64,000 nucleotides of DNA, taken from the NCBI GenBank assembly GCA_035430005.1, contig DAOMFV010000009.1, positions 40 to 64,039 of the forward strand, given 5' to 3'. Positions 27,552-38,296 of the stretch are shown here, in pieces (within the stretch, counting starts at the first letter, position 1; each line of letters opens with the position of its first letter). The notes under the pieces were generated by a model. The model was not told the DNA's origin. It did not search any database and saw nothing but the letters and a program-made list of their open reading frames with translations. The DNA is from Gemmatales bacterium. GTDB taxonomy: Bacteria > Planctomycetota > Planctomycetia > Gemmatales > HRBIN36. The position numbers and the translations under genes were made by a program.

Positions 27552-27944
27552 ATGGAAGAAGTCGTCGTCCTGATCCTACAGGTGTACTTTGAGATATTCT
27601 TCAATGCGATCATCTCGTTGCCGTTCGATTGGGTCTTTTCCTCGCTTCATTCTGAACAAGAACAAGAGAACATCAAGGGATGTATTTACCCAATCCTCTT
27701 TGTTATTGTCGGCGCCGGTTGTGGCTGGGTCTCCCTCTTGATACTTCCCAAATTGCTGATCGCCATTCCAGCACTACGACTGGTGAACCTCATCTTTGCC
27801 CCGCTGATGTCAGGTGGAATGGCGGTCTATCTGGCCTCCTGGCGGCAGAAGGAGGGAAAACTGAATTATTCTTTACTTCACTTCTTCAATGCCTTTTTCT
27901 TTACCCTGGCCTTTGTCGGCGTTCGTTGGGCCTATTCCAGGTAA
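27552..27944 (+). CDS. Small hypothetical integral membrane protein
   Basis: 130 aa with about four hydrophobic helices, located in an AT-richer patch. The start is uncertain: TTG 27525 or ATG 27552. Confidence 0.5.
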   Translation: MEEVVVLILQVYFEIFFNAIISLPFDWVFSSLHSEQEQENIKGCIYPILFVIVGAGCGWVSLLILPKLLIAIPALRLVNLIFAPLMSGGMAVYLASWRQKEGKLNYSLLHFFNAFFFTLAFVGVRWAYSR

Positions 27945-28017
27945 TGAACTGTCACTCATCAGGAACCATAGAGATTGATATGATAAAGAACTGCAAGTAG
28001 GGGGGGAGGAATCAGTC

Positions 28018-28710
28018 ATGGCACGCATTGCAGTTGTTTTGAGTGGAGCCGGGGTCTTCGATGGCAGTGAGATTTATGAAACTGTTTTGACGCTGATTGC
28101 GCTCGATAAGACAGGCGTCCACGTCACCTGCCTGGCTCCGAACAAGAATTTCACAGTTGTTGATCATCTCACCCAAAAGCCAACCAGCGAAGAACGTAAC
28201 GTCCTCAGCGAAGCTGCCCGTATTGTACGTGGCCAGGTCAGCGACCTGGGCAAGGCTGATCCCAACGAATTCGATGCGGTCATTCTTCCCGGTGGCTTCG
28301 GGGCAGCCAAGAACCTGAGCAACTACGCCACCGAAGGGGGGCAGTGCGAAGTCGATTCCAGCCTTCGAAAGTTCCTCATCGCCATGAACCGTGCCGGCAA
28401 ACCTATCGGCGCTATCTGCATTGCTCCGGTGCTCCTGGCCAAGGTACTCGGCATGAATGGCTCGCCCCGCTTAACGATCGGTACCGATCCGCAGACTGCT
28501 AACCATATCGAATCCTTCGGCGCCGAGCATATCAGTTGCCCGGTAGATGATATTGTCATCGATGCTGAACAGAAGATTGTTACCACTCCTGCCTACATGT
28601 TGGCTCACCGAATCGGCGAGGCGGCACAGGGCATCAACAAGCTGATTCACGAAGTGCTCAAACTGGCACAGGCCAATGCACCTCGTCGTCCTACTCCTGC
28701 CAAGACTTAA
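28018..28710 (+). CDS. elbB: ElbB-like DJ-1/PfpI-family protein (isoprenoid biosynthesis glyoxalase ElbB type)
   Basis: The N-terminus MARIAVVLSGAGVFDGSEIYE is typical of ElbB. ILPGGFGAAKNL and the nucleophile-elbow Cys in GAICIAP are present. A strong SD (GGGGGGGAGGA) lies upstream. Confidence 0.8.
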   Translation: MARIAVVLSGAGVFDGSEIYETVLTLIALDKTGVHVTCLAPNKNFTVVDHLTQKPTSEERNVLSEAARIVRGQVSDLGKADPNEFDAVILPGGFGAAKNLSNYATEGGQCEVDSSLRKFLIAMNRAGKPIGAICIAPVLLAKVLGMNGSPRLTIGTDPQTANHIESFGAEHISCPVDDIVIDAEQKIVTTPAYMLAHRIGEAAQGINKLIHEVLKLAQANAPRRPTPAKT

Positions 28711-28725
28711 GTTGATTGCCTGTCC

Positions 28726-31272
28726 ATGAACCACCAAATCATCAAGCCTGAGCTTCTCGCCCCTGCCGGCGATTGGGAAGCGCTGAAGGCTGCCGTCGCC
28801 AATGGGGCCGATGCGGTCTACTTCGGATTGACTTCATTCAATGCCAGGCATCGCGCTTCCAACTTCGAGCCTGGTGAGTTGCCTGAGCTGATGAATTACC
28901 TGCATCAGCGTGGAGTCAAAGGATACGTCACCTTCAACATCTTGACCTTCGCCAATGAGTTCGAAGAAGCTCTTAAGATGCTCGAAACGATTCGCGCAGC
29001 TAGGGTCGATGCGGTCATCGTGCAGGATCTCGGCCTGGCGTGGGCTATCCAGAAGTTACTGCCAGGCCTGGTGGTACACGGCTCGACTCAGATGACATTG
29101 ACTGAAGCCCTTGCAGTCAACAAGGTCAAGGAACTGGGCATCGAACGAGTGATTCTGGCCCGCGAACTCTCTGCTACTGATGTGGGCAAGATACATCAGG
29201 CCACCGAGATGCCGCTGGAAGTATTCATTCATGGAGCGTTATGCGTTGCCTACAGCGGCCAATGCCTGACCTCCGAAGCTCTTGGCGGGCGAAGCGCCAA
29301 TCGTGGCCAATGTGCCCAGGCATGCCGCATGCCTTATGAACTCAAGGTCGATGGCCAAATTCGCGAGTTGAAAGACAAAGCCTACCTCCTTAGCCCACAG
29401 GACCTTGCGGCCTACGATCTTGTCAATGAACTTACTCGTCAAGGAGTTGTCAGCTTCAAGATCGAAGGCCGACTCAAGAAGGCAGACTATGTCGCTGCCA
29501 CGGTGCAAACCTATCGGCAGGCAATCGACGCACTCGCCCATGCCGATCCTTTTGTGCTGGGTAAGAAGCAGCAGCTTGATCTGGAGCAGACGTTCTCTCG
29601 CGGCTTGACCCAGGGCTTCCTCGGCGGCATCAACCACCAGGCTCTCGTGCCCGGTCGATCACCCAAGAAGCGAGGAGTTCGTATCGGCACCGTCGTCGGC
29701 ACCATACGGCATGGTATCCTCGTTCAATTGGCTGATGCCACCATCCCCGTTGAATGGCTCGTCAAAGCCGGCGATGGGGTGGTCTTCGATGAAGGCAAAC
29801 CCGAAGGCGATGAGGCCGGGGGCCGAGTCTGGAAGGTGAGCAAAGGCCCGAACGCCAAAGAACGGGATGTCGTGGAACTGACCTTTGACCGTAACTCGTT
29901 CGATACCAACAGAGTCTCGGTAGGTAATCTGGTCTGGAAGACCGACGATCCCGCGCTCCACAAGCGACTAGAGAAGAGCTACTCCGAAGACAAGCCGATC
30001 ATCAAGCAACTCATCCATGCCCATCTTCAAGGCACTCTCGGCGGCAGCGTCAAGCTGAGCATGACCAGCGACGCCGGGCTGCAAGGCTCCTCCACCTGGC
30101 CGGGGCCATTGGAATCGGCTCGCAAGCACGCTTTCACCCGTGCCATCCTTCAGGAGCAACTAAGCCGTTTGCACGAGACCCCTTACACGCTCGGAAGAAT
30201 CACGATCGATTTGCCCAACAATGTAATGATTCCGACGAGTGTGCTGAATGAACTCCGTCGCCGTGTCCTGGTTGATCTATTGCTGCAATGCGAACAAAAG
30301 GATAAGAGCCAGCCAGTAGTCAGAACGACGATGCCGGTGACGAAGCAGCTATCCGAATGGCGAGCGGCCTTGCGACAAGAATCAACACCAACCTCGAACG
30401 TCTCCGAACCCCAACTGGCGTTGATGGTTCGCACCCTGCCTCAACTCCAGGGCCTACTCGAATACTCCGTACAAAATCGTGCTACAGCACCCAGCCTCGT
30501 CTACTGCGACTTGGAGGACGTAAGGCAGTATCGAGAAGCCATTAGCAAGGCCCGTGAAGCGGGGATGCCTATCGGGCTGGCCACGCTCCGCATCATCAAG
30601 CCGGGTGAAGAAAGCTGGCTGCGGCTCATAGCCAGTTATCAGCCCGATCTGATCCTGGCTCGAAACCTGGCAAGTGTTGCCTACTACCGCAAGCATTCGG
30701 TTGACATCCCCCTCGTCGGCGACTTTTCTCTCAATGTCGTCAACGATGTAACCGCTCATTGGTATGCTCAGCAGGGTCTACAATGTCTGACTCCTGGCTT
30801 TGACCTCAACTGGGACCAGCTACAGGCCCTGATTCAATCGGCCCACACTGGTTGGTTCGAGCCAGTCGTTCACTACCACATGCCCATGTTTCACAACGAA
30901 CACTGCGTCTTCGCTGCACTGCTCTCCGATGGCAAAGACTGGCGTGACTGCGGCAGACCGTGTGATCGACACAAAGTCGAACTCAAGGATCATTCCGGGG
31001 CGGTCTTCCCGGTGCTGGTCGATGCCGGCTGCCGCAACACCGTCTACAACGCGCTGCCCCAGTCAGCTGCCGAGTACATTCCTGCCATGATCAAAATGGG
31101 CATCAAGCACTTCCGCATTGAACTGCTGCGGGAAGAACCTCAAGAGATCGGGACCCTTCTCGAAAGCTATTGGCGCATCATTCGTGGTCAGGACGATGGC
31201 CGCACCGCCTGGAAAAAGTTGCAGGCCACTCAACAGTTAGGCGTTACCCGCGGGACGCTGCAGATGGTGTAA
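28726..31272 (+). CDS. Long U32-family protein (annotated peptidase U32; Fe-S cysteine pattern present)
   Basis: 848 aa. The N-terminus ELLAPAGDWEALKAAVANGADAVYFG is typical of the U32 family. The cysteine block GALCVAYSGQCLTSEALGGRSANRGQCAQACR is present. A long C-terminal extension follows. Confidence 0.8.
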   Translation: MNHQIIKPELLAPAGDWEALKAAVANGADAVYFGLTSFNARHRASNFEPGELPELMNYLHQRGVKGYVTFNILTFANEFEEALKMLETIRAARVDAVIVQDLGLAWAIQKLLPGLVVHGSTQMTLTEALAVNKVKELGIERVILARELSATDVGKIHQATEMPLEVFIHGALCVAYSGQCLTSEALGGRSANRGQCAQACRMPYELKVDGQIRELKDKAYLLSPQDLAAYDLVNELTRQGVVSFKIEGRLKKADYVAATVQTYRQAIDALAHADPFVLGKKQQLDLEQTFSRGLTQGFLGGINHQALVPGRSPKKRGVRIGTVVGTIRHGILVQLADATIPVEWLVKAGDGVVFDEGKPEGDEAGGRVWKVSKGPNAKERDVVELTFDRNSFDTNRVSVGNLVWKTDDPALHKRLEKSYSEDKPIIKQLIHAHLQGTLGGSVKLSMTSDAGLQGSSTWPGPLESARKHAFTRAILQEQLSRLHETPYTLGRITIDLPNNVMIPTSVLNELRRRVLVDLLLQCEQKDKSQPVVRTTMPVTKQLSEWRAALRQESTPTSNVSEPQLALMVRTLPQLQGLLEYSVQNRATAPSLVYCDLEDVRQYREAISKAREAGMPIGLATLRIIKPGEESWLRLIASYQPDLILARNLASVAYYRKHSVDIPLVGDFSLNVVNDVTAHWYAQQGLQCLTPGFDLNWDQLQALIQSAHTGWFEPVVHYHMPMFHNEHCVFAALLSDGKDWRDCGRPCDRHKVELKDHSGAVFPVLVDAGCRNTVYNALPQSAAEYIPAMIKMGIKHFRIELLREEPQEIGTLLESYWRIIRGQDDGRTAWKKLQATQQLGVTRGTLQMV

Positions 31273-32251
31273 GACGCATCAGGATAGTTGATCCACCTTT
31301 GACCTTATCGCCCACTTTGACATTCATTTCGATCTTCGCTGATGTCGGCAGGTACAGTTCGGTACGTGAACCGAGCTTGATCATCCCGAACATCTCACCT
31401 TTATTGACATGCTGGCCGGGCTTGAGTTCACAGACGATGCGGTGAGCAAGCGCTCCTGAAATCTGCGTGATCCGCACCGGCATGCCTGTCTCGTCATGCT
31501 TCATGTCGATCCATAGCTGTTCGTTCACCCGGGCCGAGAGAGTCTTAAGTGCGTTGAGGAATTTGCCCGGGTAGAACCGGAGTTGAGTCACCACCCCGGC
31601 CAGCGGCGCACGGTTGATATGAACATTGAAGACAGACAGAAAGATCCCCACTCGAAATGCTCGATTTTCTGGAAAGCCTTCTGCTTCCACCTCAGCCAGC
31701 TCAACGATGGTGCCATCAGCGGGGCTGACAATGGCTGCGGCATCGTTCGGTATCGCCCTCGACGGATTCCGAAAGAACCAGATGATCTCCAGCCAGAAGA
31801 GAATGATGGCAACGCCAAGCAGCCAGATGAGCCAGAAGGGAGCGCCGAACCAGCCCAGCCAGCCGACGATGATACTGGCCACGATGCAAGCCAACGTGAA
31901 GGCAATCAGTTCAGACAAGCCCCACCGGGCTAATGGCAACTTGTCTCGCCAGGCAAATCGATCCTGCTCTGGCGGGAATGAGTAGCCACACACATTTCTG
32001 AAATACTTCAAATCACGATTATCGATGACATTCGCTGAGCAACCCAAAACACGGCCCGGACAGTTGGCACAAGAGCCTTGGCGATGCTCGGCCTGCTTTG
32101 CAATGTACTTCTGGAAGAAGGTACGCAGCACCCAGTGTCGCCAACGGCCCCATGCCAATTCCAACCGCATGCCCCAGCCGCTGCCCGGCTGAATGCTCGC
32201 TATGGGCGCTTCCTTGCCAAAGCTTGGGTAACTTTCTTGACCATTCTCCAT
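31244..32251 (-). CDS. psd: Phosphatidylserine decarboxylase-family proenzyme (short type) with N-terminal Cys-rich extension
   Basis: FGMIKLGSRTELYLP carries the G-S self-cleavage site. GDKVKGGSTIL and two TM helices are present. An extra ~95-aa N-terminal region carries CxxC-x6-C-x16-C. Confidence 0.75.
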   Translation of the reverse strand: MENGQESYPSFGKEAPIASIQPGSGWGMRLELAWGRWRHWVLRTFFQKYIAKQAEHRQGSCANCPGRVLGCSANVIDNRDLKYFRNVCGYSFPPEQDRFAWRDKLPLARWGLSELIAFTLACIVASIIVGWLGWFGAPFWLIWLLGVAIILFWLEIIWFFRNPSRAIPNDAAAIVSPADGTIVELAEVEAEGFPENRAFRVGIFLSVFNVHINRAPLAGVVTQLRFYPGKFLNALKTLSARVNEQLWIDMKHDETGMPVRITQISGALAHRIVCELKPGQHVNKGEMFGMIKLGSRTELYLPTSAKIEMNVKVGDKVKGGSTILMRLTPSAASRG

Positions 32252-32272
32252 GATGATTCTCGAGGCAAAAGT

Positions 32273-32803
32273 CTATTTGTGACTTGGTTTGGTGCCTGGG
32301 CCGGGCTTGTTCGACTGCACATTGGGAGGTGGCTTGCGGGGCTGCAAGAGTCGTGATCGTAGTTCGCTGAGGTCCACAGGAGGTTGCTTGGGGGCAGAGG
32401 CTTCGGCTAGAGCCTGCACCGAAGCTGCCGGTAGACGAACTGGCTCGGGACGCTGCTCATCCTCGTCTGCCAGCCTGTCCTGCTCTTTCTCTTCCTCATC
32501 TCTCGACTTGGTCCCCAGGGATTTGCGCACACCGCCAATAATCTCGCCGAACGTCTTGACCAACATTTCATCTTCAACGGGACGGCTGAAGAAGACCATT
32601 TTCAATTCTTCCCAGGGAACCATGAAGATTCGTTCGCTCTCGTCAGTGCCACCCAGTCGTCCGCGAATAATCAGGAATTCCTCAGCATACACCAGAAACC
32701 GTTGATTAAAGACATCGATCCCGGTCGAAAGAGAAAAAACGACCTGATCGTGCATTGTTTCGGGCAGCTTCTGAAAGAAATTGACCCAGTGTTCTCGTTT
32801 CAT
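32273..32803 (-). CDS. Hypothetical protein with acidic/Pro-rich tail
   Basis: The start is placed at ATG 32803 (MKREHWVNFF...), because the longer ORF reaching 33214 runs inside the MBL gene. No motif recognised. The C-terminal third is of low complexity (EEEKEQDRLADEDEQRPEP..PPPNVQSNKPGPG). Confidence 0.5.
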   Translation of the reverse strand: MKREHWVNFFQKLPETMHDQVVFSLSTGIDVFNQRFLVYAEEFLIIRGRLGGTDESERIFMVPWEELKMVFFSRPVEDEMLVKTFGEIIGGVRKSLGTKSRDEEEKEQDRLADEDEQRPEPVRLPAASVQALAEASAPKQPPVDLSELRSRLLQPRKPPPNVQSNKPGPGTKPSHK

Positions 32804-32870
32804 GCATAACCAGTGGTAAAGGCACGTGACTGACTGTTTGAGCAACACTATTGTAGCGGGCAAACCTGGA

Positions 32871-34286
32871 TCAGTCTGGAGGCGATATTGAAATCGTCTG
32901 GCCACGTTCTGCGATAGTTGTCGAACCAGGCCGAGTGATGTTGAGTGCGGCCCCCAAAGCAGACAGCGACTTCTCCTCACCATGAACGAGATGTATCTGG
33001 GAGCCGGATTCCAAAGCAGGCGACAACAGATGCACCAGTTCATGATGATCTGCATGCCCGGAGAACCCGCGCAGCGTGACGACATCAGCCCACTTGTTCC
33101 ATTCACGCCCCTGGATACGCACTGTTGGCCCCGGCTCCATAAGGCGATAGCCCAGTGAACCCGGCGTCTGAAAGCTGACCAGCACAATCGTACAGCGAGG
33201 ATCATCAATGGCATGCTTCAAATGATGGACAATACGCCCGCCTTCTCCCATTCCACTGGATGCCACCACAATGCAGGGCAAGGTGTCGTGCATGACATCC
33301 TTGCTCTCCTCGACAGTGGTGATGTAATGCACGTAGTCGGTATGCAGAAACGGTCGGCCTTCGTGAACCGCACGCTGCACCTCGCTGGAGAGGTCGCCAA
33401 TATGGTTCTCCATGATATCGAGAATACGGTTGGAGAGAGGGCTATCAACGTAGATGGGCACACGCTGCAAACGACCCAGTTCGATCAGGTTGATGAGCGT
33501 GTGAACGACCAACTGCACCCGGCCCAGGCTGAAGGCGGGAATCAGAACCTTGCCGCCACGGTCGATGGTCGATTCAACTGCTGAAACCATTTTATCCTGC
33601 ATCATCTCGTACGATTCGTGTATCTGTCCGCCATAGGTAGCTTCGCTAAGCACTAGGTCACTGGGCAACAGTGGGGCAACGGGACGTAGTAAAGGGATGG
33701 TAGAACGGCCCACATCGCCGGTAAAAGTCATGGTTCGTTCGTGCTCTCCATCACTTAGCCGCAGATGCACGCAGGCCGAACCCAGGGCATGACCCGCTTC
33801 ACGAAACTGAAAGCCTACATCGCCGCTGATGCTTTTGGGTTTGTAGTAACGAACCGGCCTGGCAAGAGCGATAGTCTCCAGCACATCTTCCTGCTGATAC
33901 AGAGGAGCGAGCCAGGGTTGGTCAGATTCTCGTTTGTGGTTATAGATGACCGTTTCCTGCGACTGCACATTCGACGCATCAGTCAGCATCGGCAGCAGCA
34001 AATCACGTGTGGCGTATGTACAGTAGATCGGCCCGCGAAAGCCCTGTCTGACCAGCGTCGGCAGGTTACCACAATGATCGAGGTGAGCGTGTGAAAGAAC
34101 GACCGCGTCGATTTCGTACGGATCGAAGGGAAACTCACGGTTCTTGACCTGTGATCCCTTTTCAAGAAGGAGGCCGCAGTCCAGGAGGATGCGCTGCTTC
34201 TCGGTCTGCAACAAATGCATCGAACCAGAGACTTGCCGGGCTGCTCCCCAGGTCGTGATCGATAATGGCGACGTCTTCATACTCAT
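32871..34286 (-). CDS. MBL-fold beta-CASP hydrolase (RNase J/CPSF-like RNA-metabolising family)
   Basis: Carries HAHLDHCGNLP (HxHxDH) and later conserved Asp/His blocks (SEATYGG, GFSGHADHHEL). Its 471 aa fit the MBL + beta-CASP architecture. Confidence 0.75.
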   Translation of the reverse strand: MSMKTSPLSITTWGAARQVSGSMHLLQTEKQRILLDCGLLLEKGSQVKNREFPFDPYEIDAVVLSHAHLDHCGNLPTLVRQGFRGPIYCTYATRDLLLPMLTDASNVQSQETVIYNHKRESDQPWLAPLYQQEDVLETIALARPVRYYKPKSISGDVGFQFREAGHALGSACVHLRLSDGEHERTMTFTGDVGRSTIPLLRPVAPLLPSDLVLSEATYGGQIHESYEMMQDKMVSAVESTIDRGGKVLIPAFSLGRVQLVVHTLINLIELGRLQRVPIYVDSPLSNRILDIMENHIGDLSSEVQRAVHEGRPFLHTDYVHYITTVEESKDVMHDTLPCIVVASSGMGEGGRIVHHLKHAIDDPRCTIVLVSFQTPGSLGYRLMEPGPTVRIQGREWNKWADVVTLRGFSGHADHHELVHLLSPALESGSQIHLVHGEEKSLSALGAALNITRPGSTTIAERGQTISISPPD

Positions 34287-34374
34287 CTCTACATCATACG
34301 AAGACTATGCAGTTCATCCGAATCCTGTTAAGCTGATCTCTTACTTACCTCAATCAGCTTTGGTGTGCTTCACG

Positions 34375-35472
34375 ATGCATCCTCCACTGGCAGATCGAAC
34401 CGTTCCCTTCCTCCAAAGTAGCTTCAAACGCATCTTTGAACTCTCACGGCAACTGAAGAACCCGATCAACCTGGGCATCGGTCAACCCGACTTCGATGTG
34501 CCTGATGAGTTGAAAGATGTAGCCATTGCTGCGATACGCACCGGGCCGAACGGTTACACCTTGCCAAGCGGTGTGCCGGAACTGCGTGAGACGATCAAAA
34601 AAAGCCTCGATAAGAAGACCGGCCATAACGACGAAGTCGTGATCACCTGCGGCACCATGGGAGCGGTCACTCTCGCTCTACAAGCGATTCTCAACCCTGG
34701 CGATGAGGTATTGCTCTTTGATCCCTACTTTGTCGCCTATCCCCAGTTGACGACGCTCATTGGCGCTCAGGCCAAATTCATCTCGACCTATCCTGATTTC
34801 CAGCCCGATCCTGATGCTGTCGCTGCGGCCATTACCCCCAGAACCCGAGCCATCATTCTGTGCAGCCCCGGTAACCCTACTGGTGTCGTCGCTTATCGTG
34901 AGCAAGTGAAAGCGCTGGCGGAGTTGGCTGACAGCCGGGGCATCTGGCTGATCAGCGATGAAATCTACTCCACGTTCGTTTACGACGATCCTTTCGTTAC
35001 CCCGGCCTGTTTCGCTCAGAACGTGCTGATCTGCTCCAGCTTCAGCAAGACCCACGCCATGCCCGGCTGGCGGCTCGGCTACGCCTACGGCCCGCAAATC
35101 ATCGTACAGGCCATGATCGCCATGCAGCAATCAACCTTTGTATGCGCTCCTAGCATGGCTCAAGCTGCCGGAATCGCTGCATGGGAGTACCCGATGGAAA
35201 GCTACGTGCAAAGCTACAAGAATAAACGTGACTGGGTGCTAAAGAATCTCGATTCACGCTATGAAATAGTCAAGCCCGAAGGAGCTTTCTATCTGTTTCC
35301 GAAATGTGCAAAAGGAACAGGCACGTCAATGGCGGAAGCAGCTATCAGGCACGACCTGGTGATCATGCCGGGCATGGTCTTCAGTCAGCAAGATACGCAT
35401 TTCAGGATCAGCTATGGGGTTCCGGATGAAAATTTGCATCGTGGGATAGAGATACTCAACCGGCTCGCATAG
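34375..35472 (+). CDS. Class I/II PLP-dependent aminotransferase (aspartate aminotransferase-like)
   Basis: Carries NLGIGQPDFD, NPGNPTG and SFSKTHAMPGWRLGY (PLP Lys). ATG 34375 is chosen because the ORF start at 34144 overlaps the divergent MBL gene. Confidence 0.85.
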   Translation: MHPPLADRTVPFLQSSFKRIFELSRQLKNPINLGIGQPDFDVPDELKDVAIAAIRTGPNGYTLPSGVPELRETIKKSLDKKTGHNDEVVITCGTMGAVTLALQAILNPGDEVLLFDPYFVAYPQLTTLIGAQAKFISTYPDFQPDPDAVAAAITPRTRAIILCSPGNPTGVVAYREQVKALAELADSRGIWLISDEIYSTFVYDDPFVTPACFAQNVLICSSFSKTHAMPGWRLGYAYGPQIIVQAMIAMQQSTFVCAPSMAQAAGIAAWEYPMESYVQSYKNKRDWVLKNLDSRYEIVKPEGAFYLFPKCAKGTGTSMAEAAIRHDLVIMPGMVFSQQDTHFRISYGVPDENLHRGIEILNRLA

Positions 35473-35569
35473 TATCTCCTGGTTATTCTCTTCGCGGAGG
35501 TACACCCTCACTACAAGAGACCTACAATAACTTCGTTTCAAGACACGATCTTTCCGATAGGATTCGCCG

Positions 35570-38287
<2,718 letters not shown>

Positions 38288-38296
38288 ACGGTAGTG

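Noticed and set aside
32804-33214. N-terminal extension of ORF 32273..33214 (313 aa)
   Set aside because: The extension runs in another frame through the 3' part of the MBL/beta-CASP gene and is Cys/Trp/Arg-rich. The internal ATG at 32803, just downstream of the MBL stop, gives a non-overlapping gene.
34144-34374. Upstream extension of the aminotransferase ORF (start at 34144)
   Set aside because: It would overlap the divergent MBL gene start by ~140 nt and encodes an Arg/Cys-rich, non-homologous-looking segment. ATG 34375 gives a typical aminotransferase N-terminus.
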